A DNA stretch of 64,000 nt, from positions 30,484,299 through 30,548,298 of the forward strand of contig NC_134025.1 in NCBI RefSeq assembly GCF_964204645.1. The letters run 5' to 3'. The stretch comes from Tubulanus polymorphus. Its lineage: Eukaryota; Animalia; Nemertea. Below are positions 16,479 to 29,152 of the stretch, piece after piece; position 1 is the stretch's first letter; every line of letters begins with the position of its first letter. The position numbers and the translations under genes were made by a program. The notes beneath the pieces were generated by a model. It saw only the letters and a list, made by a program, of their open reading frames with translations. It was not told the origin of the DNA and made no database searches.

Positions 16479-16910
16479 CGGAAGCCCCTAGGTGACATAC
16501 GAGATAACTTTTTCACAATTTCAACTTATTAAGTCGAATTTCGACATAATAAGTCGAATTTCGACTTAACAAGTCGAATTTCCACTTAATAAGTCGAAAT
16601 TCGAGATAATAAGTCGAATTTCGACATAATAGGTCGAATTTCGTGTTAATTAAGTCGAATTTCGAGTTAATTAAGTCGAATTTCGAGTTTTATTTTCATG
16701 TCGAAATTCGACTTATTAAGTCGAAATTCGACTTAATTAACACGAAATTCGACTTATTATGTCGAAATTCGACTTATTAAGTCGAAATTCGACTTATTAT
16801 GTCGAAATTCGACTTATTAAGTCGAATTTCGAGATAATAAGTCGAATTTCGTGTTAATCAAGTCGAATTTCGAGTTTTATTTTATCTCATATGTCACCTA
16901 GGGGCTTCCG
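16479..16910. mobile_element. MITE with 29-bp TIRs and an internal fold-back array of ~20-bp AAGTCGAA(T/A)TTCGAC units
   Basis: TA|CGGAAGCCCCTAGGTGACATACGAGATAA ... TTATCTCATATGTCACCTAGGGGCTTCCG|TA (1 mismatch). Lies in an inferred 5' UTR intron of NDUFAF7 (donor ~16920, acceptor ~16424). Confidence 0.85.
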
Positions 16911-18111
16911 TACTAATTACCTGATCTTCATAGTGTATTTATTCGGTTTGAATCTACCTGCGTTACACGAGAATAAACTGTATTGAATTGGAAGGGTTTC
17001 CTAGCCGGCAGGGAATTCCAGAAATGCGGGCATACTAAATACCGCCAGGCGCCGTCAGACACCGCAAGGAACCGTCTGAAACCGTCCATCCAGAAACCGA
17101 TGCCGAATCACGTGGTCATACTAAACACCATCAGGAAATTAAAAAAGAATAGAATATCTTATAGTACAATCAACACTACTGAACACTACTGTGTAAATTC
17201 AGTAATAATTGGCAATGAATTCACCTCCAAAAGATAATTGACTATCTAATTCTGGTTGTTTTAATTTAAATTCCTCAGTAAGCAGCAAGCCCGATGATTC
17301 TTTTCCTTTGCTTTGATGGAGAAGTATTGACGAATGTCGATGACGGGACAGTGGAAACGAGTTTGGGACAATGAAAATGAAATACTCAGTCAGTGATAAC
17401 GACTTTGCCTCGGCAAATAGTAACTGTTGAACTATTGATTAGTTCAGCTAAATTTGTTATAGTTAGAACTTGGCCTAATCGTTGATGCCGTTTATAATCC
17501 CGGATGGGGCTTATACCAACGGTCCAAGGGAACGTCCGGACCCCCTTGGACCCCTCTTAATTTATTGGTGTCGTGAAATCCCTAGCGAAAATAAGGGTGC
17601 ATGATCACCCAAAGGCGTTCCAGGAGAAAATGCTGTAATCGATGACTGAATTCCTCAATTAGTATCATCGGAGTGTTTGGCGGCGTCCGGGTCTAAGTCA
17701 CCGCTCCGTTTAAAAGGATAATTTAATTCTGTGTTTATTATTTGACTGTAACCCTCTAAATCGAACTCGGTTTCATGTTTTTGTCCTTTCAGCAGGCTAC
17801 GTAATTAGGACCCCAGACGAACGATCAGGACCGGAACAGACTGAAAAAACCAGGCGACGCTAAATTCGAGAGACGAGCTGTTGAGAATCGAGTAATTTAT
17901 TTCATATGGCCTGAAGTTCCACAATATTGTATAGCTGGCTACTGGCGCGTATTCAACGCGGCAGTGGAACCTTCTATAAGCTCTCAATTGAAATTCAATT
18001 CAACAATAGAGACACAATGGCGGTTTTTCAGAGTTGTTGATGTTATTCTGACACGCGTCATTGAATACGTCACCGGCTGACCACTGTGTACTCAAGCATA
18101 GGCCATTCACC

Positions 18112-18598
18112 TTAACACAATAAGAGGTATTCATTGTCACAGTTATAAAGTGATATTAATTCAGAATCTAAATCGTCGAACAATTCGACTCTTCCGTAGA
18201 TACTACTCTCCGGGGGGATATACACGGAACCTAAAAGTAGATCTTTATCTTCATTTAACATTTTTTTTATCAAATTTAAGCCAGTGAATTAGTTTACTCG
18301 TTTTCTTCTCCATGGTTACATATTTTTTCAGTACCTTTTTTATAAGAATGACAATTCCACCTGACCGTCTCACTGATAGATTTGTTCGGTTGTTCACATA
18401 TGGGAAAAATCCAAGTTTTTCACTGAAGTCATTCAGCCAAAACTCGTCTGAACTGTCTAGTTTTGTCTCGGTGAGAATTACTATATCGTTACAGAGTAGA
18501 AGATCAATAAATTCATCGTATTTACTTTTCGATTTAAGCCCGCAAACATTTAAGTTCAACAGTGATATACTAGGGGTGTTTCCACTTTTTGTATCCAC
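18112..18598 (-). pseudogene. LINE ORF2 fragment: APE-like endonuclease N-terminal part, frameshifted and 3'-truncated
   Basis: SLLNLNVCGL, DIVILTETKL, RRSGGIVILIKK; after a frameshift in an A-run, LLLGSVYIPPESSIY...EYLLLC. The sequence stops just before the expected GDFN motif; no RT domain follows. Confidence 0.85.
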
Positions 18599-18655
18599 CC
18601 AATCCTATTCCGCGTTCATCTCTAGTATTGCCCGTTCATTTTCTAAGGCGGCACT

Positions 18656-18794
<139 letters not shown>

Positions 18795-19067
18795 TTCACG
18801 GACGGAAGGAGGCCTGGTGGCGGCCTATTGGTGTCCGGCTCGTTTGTTGATTAGTATTGGTTAGGTGACAGGGTTTCCATAAAAAGCTCTCTCACTTAGT
18901 AATCTTTCATTAAAAATAATTGGTATATTTATTCATTACTAAAAGATTAAATTATTTATAGAGTTGATTGGTTGAATTTTATAAGAAAAATCTGATCAGT
19001 CATGATTTTGGCGTAGTTCATTTGGTAAGCCATACACGCTTGATTTCTAGCCATTTTGTAGAATTTG

Positions 19068-19823
19068 CTACAGGGAGAAGGTTTTATTCGGTCCATAAAT
19101 ACGAGTGTTGTTAGTGTTATTCTGAAAAAGGTAAAGGAAGTGCGTGTGGCCCATACTAATGCTATCGGGTCCAGTGTTTTCAGTAATCACGCTGTCGGTC
19201 GATGTCGATGCTTTCGCTTTCTTAGGTACTTGTTTCACCCTCTCTCGTCCGCTATTATTTTGCTGCTGTTGTGTAGGGGTTTCTTCCGTGATATCTTCGG
19301 ATGGGGGTCCCTCGCGTTTTTTGTCGTCTTTTCTTCTAGCTGTTTCTACCTGTCTGCTCGTATTATCTTCTTTGGTGTTATAAAGATTAGTATCGGTGTA
19401 GTTATTATCGGGCTCTTGGTTGTTGATCAATCGACCGTTGCTAGCCATTTTTAGGTTTTTTCCACCAGGTATCATGTGTAATAGTTTACGGGTGTTAATT
19501 TCGTGAAGGCGCTCTATATGAGATTTGCTGCTTCTGAGCCATACATCTACGAATTTCCTGTTATTTTTCAGTTTACGCTTAGCTCGCAGTATTTCGATTT
19601 TAATGTTTTTGTTCTCGAATGCTAACTTGACGAGTGGTGGTTCCTTGGTTGTTCGTTGTCTGAGTCTAATACACTTTACAATTTTAGGGGCAGGTTCTGC
19701 AAGCAGGGAGAGCATTTCGGTACATACATTGTTCAAGTTCTCGTTTTCTTCCATTCTGAGCCCAGAAATAATCACACAGTTGTCGGGGTCGTCTAGAGGA
19801 TCTCGCTTTATTCTGGAATTCAC
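19068..19823 (-). mobile_element. LINE ORF1-like coding region (RRM/CTD-type ORF1 of CR1/L2-like elements)
   Basis: NCVIISGLRMEENE...CIRL...PPLVKLAF...KIEILRAKRKLK...VWLRSSKSHIER; same strand as and upstream of the APE fragment. Confidence 0.7.
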
Positions 19824-20010
19824 TTCTATTTCACTTCACTTCTCCATGGTTGTGGGCCATAGACGTTTCTGTTTTAGAGTCTATGGTTGGACCATGGATG
19901 TATAAACTCAAGTTTATAGTTTGGCATCCATGGTTGGACTCGAAGCCACCCCCGCATTACAATCTGAAACATAAAAAAGAATAAAATACTTGGCCTAACC
20001 AGAATGATTG

Positions 20011-20081
20011 TTTCCAGCCGGGTTCGAGACCGCGACCGTCAGTTCTTCAGACGAGCACACTAACCACTGGACCATAGACCC
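20011..20081 (-). mobile_element. tRNA-derived Pol III promoter-like segment (SINE head)
   Basis: Minus strand GGTCTATGGTCCAGTGGTTAG...GGTCTCGAACCCGGCTGG has A-box and B-box-like motifs at tRNA spacing, but the stems do not pair as in a tRNA. Confidence 0.55.
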
Positions 20082-20339
20082 GTAGACAGAGGATTTTAAG
20101 TTTAGTTTTGGCTATGCAACTTTGTATGGGTCTGCGATTTTCAGAATAAATCGCCAACAGTTTTTCAAACGGATGAGCAAACAACAGCTCTAGTCGGGTT
20201 TACTGAGGACACATCATAATGATTATAAATTTTATTTAATTCGTCGATTTGATCGAAATACTTTTGGTAGCGTTAATCGGGTTCGAATCCCATTAGAAAA
20301 TTTTGACTTTCTACACTGGGCGCGAATATCAGCACTTTT

Positions 20340-20430
20340 CATTGGTCAGGATAATGACGTCACACTGTCAGTATAAAAACCCAGGTCAGCTGATCCCTCC
20401 TTCCAGTTCGGCCATTTTTCAGGTAAGCGA
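20340..20430 (+). promoter_or_regulatory. TATA/Inr Pol II promoter followed by a splice donor, inside the island
   Basis: ATTGG, TGACGTCA (CRE), TATAAAAA at 20372, Inr-like CCAGTT ~31 nt downstream, GCCATTTT (YY1-like), CAG|GTAAGC at 20423. Confidence 0.55.
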
Positions 20431-22520
20431 ACGTCATCCATTTTATTTTATTTCTTTCGATGGAATTTATTTATTAATCTTACTTGTAAATTGGATACAT
20501 ACCCCTTAGGTTTCGCATACGGTTTTACGTAAGACAATTTCCAAAGTTCCGAAAGTTCGGATTATATTATATAGGTGTTTAATTATGACATTTCCATTGT
20601 GACGTTCTTTTTGCTCAAAATTGCCCAAATGGCATTTTAAATATTTAGAAGTAAATAATGAAGACGTTATTGTGATTTTATTGAGGAAATGGAAATTGAT
20701 AAAATTTATTTATGAAATTTTCGGAAGCAGTTTTTCTGCTGTTCAGATCTACGCGCTAAAGCGGCTAGTTGACATGCCTAGGTGTAATACACAGACAGCT
20801 CAGTCTATTCAACCATGACTCGAATCCATAGAAACCTTTCATTCGAAGCGTCGTTCAACTTAATTCTGGTGGCTTCTATATTTGATATTTAGAAAATTAT
20901 GATACCCAATAATTTAACGTTAATTATTATTATTACTTAATAGAAACTCGATTTAGCTATTTCTTAGAGTCAATAATTTTCGATTTTCTTGATTTTAATA
21001 AGATTGTTTTTACATTGCAGTAGCAGCAGCAGCATCAACAGCAGCAGTTAAAAAAGCAACAGTTATAAAAGCAACAGCAGCAGTACAACGACAACTACAA
21101 CAATTACAACTTCAACAATTAAAACTTGAACTTCAACTTTGAATATGTCTACAAAATATGACCTTTTTTCGGGACTGTTGAAGCTGGTTCGCGCCGAGGT
21201 GCTGACTCTAGACCCTGAAACCCTCGGCGCGTTTTTTGATTTGAGTAAGTACAAAGTCTACTTCATCAATCTCAATTAGTTCATCTTGGGTATCTCAAAT
21301 TCTCGATTATTTTTGATGAACATCTCAAATTATTTGATTTCCAACATCTGAAATTATTTGATCTCAAATCTCCGCATTATTTGATTTCCTAAATCTCAAA
21401 TTGTCTAAATCTCAATTATTTCGAATATCATCAATTAAAAAATCTAATATCATCTAATGTCAATTTCTTTAATTCTCTTTTTAATTTTGGAAAACTCTTA
21501 AACTTAATTGAATTTGCTATCGAATCTATGGTGAATTAAGTTTGAATTGAATTGAATTGAATAGTGAGTAGAGGCTCTGGTGGATGAGAATTAACTCGAG
21601 GAAGTAACTTCATTTCCTGGTTTCGGTTCCAAATATTGTCCAAATTGTGAAATGTTCATCAGGTTATTCATATTCCAGTCAATAGAGATAAGTTACAACA
21701 TAAATAATTTAAACTGTGTAGGCCTCCAGACCAATGCATTTCATAGAAAATCCTGATTTATGTTTAATAAATCAAGTAATTGGACTGCGCGGTTCAGTCC
21801 ATTTAGTCAGGAAGCAGACTGCAGTTTTGTCCTTATTTTTATCAGTAACTGGACTGCGGTGTAGTCCATATTTTAGTCACTAACTGGACTGCGGTGTAGT
21901 CCATATTTTAGTGGACTACGGTTTAGTCCATATTTTAGTCAATAACTGGACCGGGTTTAGTTGATAGTTTAGACAGGAACCGGATAGCTGTTAAGTCCCA
22001 GATACCCGTCACATTATGGGACCAACATTTTAGATACCGCTGAAAAGTAGCACTAGTATTTACGTTACTTTTGTTTTTCTCTGCGACTCCAGGGTCCGAA
22101 AACATGTGATTTTCTTTTTTTATTAATCGTTCATCAATCGTCAGGAAATTCAGGATCACTATTTTTGATTTATTGGTTAAACTTTGTTCCTCGTATCTCA
22201 AGGTAGTTGCTCAAAACAGTTTGAGATCCGGAGATTATGGCAGGAAGGAGGTATACCTCGCAACTGCTATCATTCAGCTAACTATTCTAAAGCCACACCC
22301 ACTCAATGTTCATACTAGATCTAAACTAAGGATATGATGTTTGATACGAATGTCATACACTAGCTCGGCTCATAGTCCGAATCTTCATCGTCTAATTGTT
22401 GGCGAATCCTAGATATTGCGGCCGTGCGGCAAATACAGTTTACACACGATTTATTTCTAACGGATTCATTATTACGGTCAATGGTTGGTGCCTCGTTAGG
22501 TACTGAGTCTTATACAGTGA

Positions 22521-23060
22521 GTTTACTCAGTATCCGGACCACAGTTTACTCAGTATCCCGACCACAGTTTACTCAGTATCCGGACCACAGTTAACTCAGT
22601 ATCCGGACCACAGTTTACTCAGCATCCGGACTACAGTTTACTCAGTGTCGGGACCACAGTTTACTCAGTGCCGGGACCACAGTTTACTCAGTATCCGGAC
22701 CACAGTTTACTCAGCATCCGGACCACAGTTTACTCAGTGTCGGGACCACAGTTTACTCAGTATCCGGACCACAGTTTACTCAGCATCCGGACCACAGTTT
22801 ACTCAGTATCCGGACCACAGTTTACTCAGCATCCCGACCACAGTTTACTCAGTATCCGGACCACAGTTTACTCAGCATCCGGACCACAGTTTACTCAGTA
22901 TCCGGACCACAGTTTACTCAGCATCCGGACCACAGTTTACTCAGTATCCGGACCACAGTTTACTCAGCATCCGGACCACAGTTTACTCAGTATCCGGATG
23001 ACAGTTTACTCAGCATCCGGACCACAGTTTACTCAGTATCCGGATGACAGTTTACTCAGT
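22521..23060. repeat. 23-bp minisatellite, ~23 copies
   Basis: Unit GTTTACTCAGYATCCGGACCACA. Confidence 0.97.
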
Positions 23061-23759
23061 AACGGAACTGTGTGATTCATTTTGTTCTGAGACCAGATTT
23101 TATTAAATTTCCTAGCTTTTCTTCAGATCATCTTCACCCGTCAAGGGATTCGAACCTACTAAGTTAAAGCTGTTCCCCGAACCCCTTGACCTCACGAGTC
23201 GTTGGAGTCGTTACTAGCCGACCAGAATCCGGTCGTACCAATCACAGCGCTTGTAACAAACGACAGTAGACTTCTGTTGGTTTTCCATTTAAATGGACCA
23301 ATCAGCGAACGTTTTTCCGAACAAGGAAGTATTTTGCAAATCGATATATGACGTCATGCGCAACGGCGAGGATGTCTTCAGATAGGCCTACCCTTTGACT
23401 TAATGTTTTATTTTTCAGAATTCTTTTATTTTCTTAAAGTAAAAAGTATTTCCTCTACCGTTATCCAGGCCTGACATTTATCTAGGTCTATCCTGTTTTA
23501 CATCTTACAAGTTCGACAGTGACATTTCATATTGTTTTTTCTGTAAACGGCTGCAGCTGTATTTATAGTGAATTATTCCACTGAATAATTCTATACTTGA
23601 AGGGTAAGTAGTGACTTATTTGAAATACTTAATGAATTCATGTGAAATAGGCCTAATTCTAAATATCGTTTATTGTTCGCTGTTTAATGATGTTTGATTT
23701 TTATAGATAAAAATCTTACTGTAATTTGTAGTGAATGGATTTGATTGTATGAAGTTGCA

Positions 23760-24343
23760 GTAGTGAACAGTGTCGTCTGAAATGGTTTTTAACCCCTGAT
23801 GGTTGTTTCTGAAGGTACAGTAGTGGACAGTGTCACGTGAAATGGTTTTTACCCCTGGTGGTTGTTTCTGAAGGTACAGGTGCGGGTAGTGTCGAGTGAA
23901 ATGGATCTTACCCCGGCAGTTGTTTCTGAAGGTACAGGTGCGGGTAGTGTCGAGTGAAATGGATCTTACCCCTGGCGGTTGTTTCTGAAGGTACAGGTGC
24001 GGGTAGTGTCGAGTGAAATGGATCTTACCCCTGGTGGTTGTTTCTGAAGGTACAGGTGCGGGTAGTGTCGAGTGAAATGGATCTTACCCCTGGCGGTTGT
24101 TTCTGAAGGTACAGGTGCGGGTAGTGTCGAGTGAAATGGATCTTACCCCTGGCGGTTGTTTCTGAAGGTACAGGTGCGGGTAGTGTCGAGTGAAATGGAT
24201 CTTACCCCTGGTGGTTGTTTCTGAAGGTACAGGTGCGGGTAGTGTCGAGTGAAATGGATCTTACCCCTGGCGGTTGTTTCTGAAGGTACAGGTGCGGGTA
24301 GTGTCGAGTGAAATGGATCTTACCCCTGGCGGTTGTTTCTGAA
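23760..24343. repeat. 59-bp minisatellite, ~10 copies (first two diverged; an orphan copy near 25950)
   Basis: Unit GTAGTGTCGAGTGAAATGGATCTTACCCCTGGCGGTTGTTTCTGAAGGTACAGGTGCGG. Confidence 0.96.
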
Positions 24344-24724
24344 AGTAAAAGTTTAAGTTTTTTTGATTGATGATGAAAATACAGAAAATACAGAAGAAAT
24401 TTGAATGAAATTTTTCGTGTCCATTTTCTGTTTGTGATGAAATGAAAATGAATTAGACTTACTTAGCAAAAACCATATAGGGAAATGTACAGTACTCGAA
24501 GGAAATATCACAATTTTTCGAACTAAAATTCGGTTAAAATTCATTTTACAAAAACATATTTTCAAATGTATCGCATTTTATTGTATTTTTTGCCCTTAAT
24601 GATACTGTAGACTTCGCTTAAACTGGTAGATGGTCTATATCTGGTATAATCTGTTCAATTCGATGAAATAAAGATGAAATGTTGTTTTTATGTTTTGCCT
24701 TTTATGGTATTGCTCTGTTCGATG

Positions 24725-24971
24725 ATAATAAAAATAATAATATTATGTGTCTAATAAAGCCCTAAATCCAGATGCTGCTCAGAGCGCTTTACATTTTCGG
24801 TTTTATTGCCGCAGCCATTTAATAGTCTCCGGGGTGAAGTAACATCCGAGCAGCCGCTAGGCGCTCAGGGGTCCTCTATCGGGCCAGGTACCAATTTACT
24901 TCTGGGTGGAGAGAGGAAATGAGGATAAGTGTCTTGCCGGGGACACAATGGTAATGTACAGGTTCGAATCC
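24725..24971 (-). mobile_element. 5'-truncated tRNA-derived SINE with a conserved-core-type body and L2-like tail
   Basis: Minus strand: B-box-like GGATTCGAACC, TGTGTCCCCGGCAAGACACTT, CTCTCCACCCAGAAGTAAATTGGTACC, tail TGTAAAGCGCTCTGAGC and terminal (TTA)n. Confidence 0.75.
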
Positions 24972-27091
24972 ATGACGACCTGATTTCCCAGAACGCTTCC
25001 CATATCCCATAAATGTTCACTTCATTTCCGTTTGTTCTCTGCCTGAACCGGTAAACTGTAACGGCTGTTCGCCTATATTATAGAATACGTGTATGTACTA
25101 TCAACCTTCTATCTCTGTTAGGAAAAATACATAAAAACATAAGAACATCTTTATGTATTTTAACTGTTCGTGATTAGGCCTTATGTTCTATTAATGCACA
25201 CGCATGACTGGTCATAATTTCCATTATGCAGGGACGTCACAAGTGAACTGAATCGGAGGAAAATGTTGCGGGATAAAGAAACATGAAGTTTGTAGGGTTT
25301 GACCCTTGGAAAATTTTGGTGGTAATTTTTCTTACTGAAAGTGACGTCCTATGGAAATGAGCTAATTTGCATAAATTATAATCGGTGACCTATTTATTTG
25401 ATAACCCCCTAAATTTCTTGTATCAAAATGAACAAATCGGGTATATACCCCTCAGCTAACAGCTGACAATGGAATATTCCATGTCTACGGTCAGAAATAT
25501 GAATTATATGGGTAATTATAATTAGAAAATGAGCTAATAATTAAAAATCTAAAATCTAATCAGATTGTATAAAATACAAAGAACTTGATAATTTTGACCG
25601 CTATTAGGCTCAATAAATCTTTTCATCAATTGATTTTTGCAATTCTTAAAAACCGGTGCCTAATAAGGTAAAAAATAGAAGGTGCCAAACTGTAGCGGAT
25701 TAGGCGGAGGCTACTGTATGATGAATATCAGCTGAAATGGTTGTGCATGGAATTTTGTTGATCTGAATAAATGAATGGCTGCTGTATGATGAATTATACA
25801 TTCTAGGTGAGTTATGTAATGAATATGTGGAGTACCGATAGGCCTATTGCTGACAATGAATATTCTATTGGGAATAATGAATTACAGCCATTTATGGTTA
25901 TAGTTAAATATTGTTCTTCAAAATGAATGTTTTTTATTTGTAGTGAGTGTTGTTTCTGAAGGTGCAGTAGCGGGCAGTATTGTGTGAAATGGTTTTTACT
26001 GGTTTTAGATTCAGCGAAGTGAAATTATTTGTGTCGTTTTTCTGTTTTAATTCATGCTGTAAATAGTTTAAACAATAAAATATTAAAAAATCAGTCATAT
26101 TTTTATCTTCATTTTTGAGAAAATTCAGAAGAAAATATAATATGTACACACTTGCCTCATGTTCAGAGGAAATGAAATGCAAGTTCTCCCACTTACCGTG
26201 GATGGAGTGTGGCCCTGTATGCAATAAAAAAGTGTTCTGCAAAATAATTGAATACATTTCTGAAGTTTGGACACATTTTTCACTCGTCCATTCAAAAAGT
26301 AATTACTGAATAAAAGGAATTATCGATTAATTTTTTGTTGATACAGCGCGACATCTGTTGTTTTAAATTAGATCTTTTATCGTTGCAAAGTTTCCATTTC
26401 AATTGGTTGATAAATGAAAAGTTATCATGCGTGTTATTCCAAAGAGGTTCCCAGATTTTGAAACCAGGGTCATGGGTAACAATTCCATTCATTATAATGT
26501 ATAGTTTTTGTCACCTGGAACCTGGTACGTCATCACCCCAGAAAAAAAAATCAAGTGTATTTTTGATTCATGATTTGCTACCAAAATTGATTGTCAAGGT
26601 AATGGTAGGATGTAATTTATTACAATCAGTAGTTCCATTAATGAATTAACAAAAGTGTACCCGTCCACGTACAGGGTTGGTTCTGAAATATGTAAGTATA
26701 TAAGACATAAAAATACCTTTATAAAATGTGTATTGAAAGATTCAATCATCAGCCTCACTGATGATATACTGTCGACTTATCGTTATTATGTAATGGATGA
26801 TGCAAATCATGAAAGCGGTTAAAAGTGTAGTTACAACGGAGTTAGTTGTACAACCGTATCGTACAACCAGTGACATGATCACTTCTCGCAAAATAAGCTT
26901 ACGATCGCTTTCAAACGTTCAAATGACCCTTCTTACCCAACTCTCTTCGTTTTTTCCATCACATCACATTCACCTATTGGATAACTGCATTATTTTATAG
27001 GTTACTATTTACAAATATGATAATCATATGCGAACTTGTCATTTATGTGTAATATGCATGATCCTTAATGTTTTTTTTTTTTTCATTCCAG

Positions 27092-27960
27092 ATTTGGATA
27101 TAATTGAAAATATAAAGAAAGATCAGTCTGAAGCAGCCCGCAGAGCACTTCCAGCATTTAAAAACGTTTTAAAAAGGTGCGTTTCAAATATCTGCGGGCC
27201 TAAGGAGCCAACTCCTCCTAAAGTAATTCCACCATTTGAGTTGGTTCCTTTGCAGGAGGTGGACCCTGCTTCTCCCGTAAATGTGGAGCAGGAGGTCGCC
27301 CCTGCAGTGGTGACCCCGACAGAGGCGCCACAGCTTCAGACGCCTTCACTGCGTCGGTCGCCCCGTCAAAATACAAGAGATATAGATTACACAATAGGTT
27401 CGGGGCGTCCGAAATCAAAAAAAAAAGGCAAACGTGCAGCTCGTCCTCCCCCACTTCCGCAACCAAATTTTGAGGAGGCGAGCAGTGATGAGGAGGAATT
27501 CGCCACTCCTGGAGCGACACCACCAGGGCCCGCAACACCACCACCTCGCGATGATATAAGACCACCACGACGACCACGACAACCACCTGCAACTACTACT
27601 AATTCTACTACTACTACCACTACTACCACTACTAAGAAAAGACGACCACGACCACCTACTTCAACTGCGACTAGTACTACTACAACTCCGACAACTAGAT
27701 CAAATAATACAAGAAATAGAAAAAGAAGACTTGAAGATGAAGAAAGTGATGATGATTACGAAAATGATAATACGCCCGCCCAGGCATCGACATCGGGCGC
27801 TCCAGCGGGGCCACCACCTTCCCCCGCTGTCGAGCTCATCGCGCGCGGCCCTGGTTGGTCAAGAAACATCGAGTATAAAGATCCAATAAGAATGCTCCGC
27901 GATGTTGAAGGGGCCTTTAAAGGAAAATATCAATTTGTAAAACGTCGGCGAACACAATAA
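27092..27960 (+). CDS. Intact terminal exon (~289 codons) of an unknown Pro/Thr-rich, low-complexity protein
   Basis: Poly-T tract and CCAG acceptor at 27091. The open frame is GC-richer than its flanks, with basic clusters (KSKKKGKR, KKRRPR, RNRKRR) and acidic patches; AATAAA near 28165. No family recognised. Confidence 0.5.
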
Positions 27961-28402
27961 TATAATATCAGCCCCTTCACTCGCCATCACCCGGGCAACA
28001 ACATCAGCCCAGCACGTCTGCAGATCGGCACTTCTTGAAACTCAGTTTTCCCTTCCTCCTTCGTCGATCTGCAGGTTGCGCAGTGTTAAATATCTGTCAA
28101 CACTCCTTGAACCAGTGGGCGTGCAGTCCTTCCTTATTTTTATTTGAAAAAAAATATGAAAAAAAATAAAAACCAGCCTTGTAAATATGGATTTTATGGA
28201 GTTTTACGGTTTATCTCCAAAAAAATTCAAAAAGATAAAATTAAAAAAAAATTCATTATCATTTCATCAATTTATTTATTTTTTGGATGAAAGGAATTTT
28301 TATCCATCATCTCATTCATATACATTTTATATCATTTATTTCTTTCTTTTTTTTGACTGTACGTCCCACTGTGTTCCACACCATTTTTGTTCCACCCCAT
28401 AT

Positions 28403-29152
28403 TCATTAAGATTCATTTTGCTTCTCACGATGCTCAAGCATTTACCATCCTTGCTACTACTTCCATTACAATACCTTAATCATTAAGGTTGATTTTGCTT
28501 CTCACGATGCTGAAGCAGTTACCATCCTTGCTACTACTTCCATTACAATACCTTAATCATTAAGGTTCATTTTGCTTCTCACGATGCTGAAGCAGTTACC
28601 ATCCTTGCTACTACTTCCATTACAATACCTTAATCATTAAGGTTCATTTTGCTTCTCACGATGCTGAAGCAGTTACCATCCTTGCCACTACTTCCATTAC
28701 AATACCTTAATCATTAAGGTTGATTTTGCTTCTCACGATGCTGAAGCAGTTACATCCTTGCTACTACTTCCATTACAATACCTTAATCATTAAGGTTGAT
28801 TTTGCTTCTCACGATGCTGAAGCAGTTACCATCCTTGCTACTACTTCCATTACAATACCTTAATCATTAAGGTTCATTTTGCTTCTCACGATGCTGAAGC
28901 AGTTACCATCCTTGCCACTACTTCCATTACAATACCTTAATCATTAAGGTTGATTTTGCTTCTCACGATGCTGAAGCAGTTACCATCCTTGCTACTACTT
29001 CCATTACAATACCTTAATCATTAAGGTTCATTTTGCTTCTCACGATGCTGAAGCATTTACCATCCTTGCTACTACTTCCATTACAATACCTTAATCATTA
29101 AGGTTCATTTTGCTTCTCACGATGCTGAAGCATTTACCATCCTTGCCACTAC
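28403..29152. repeat. 77-bp minisatellite, ~9.7 copies
   Basis: Unit TTTTGCTTCTCACGATGCTGAAGCAGTTACCATCCTTGCTACTACTTCCATTACAATACCTTAATCATTAAGGTTSA, with an internal palindrome ACCTTAAT-C-ATTAAGGT. Confidence 0.96.

Noticed and set aside
22645-23075. 118-aa and 135-aa repetitive ORFs
   Set aside because: Products of a 23-bp repeat lacking stops; the unit is not a multiple of three.
20011-23230. Functional tRNA genes near 20011-20081, 20280 and 23140
   Set aside because: B-box motifs are present but acceptor and anticodon stems do not form; treated as SINE-like remnants.
25230-25693. Possible Tc1-type element ending GTGCCAAACTG|TA
   Set aside because: No matching opposite end found in the window.
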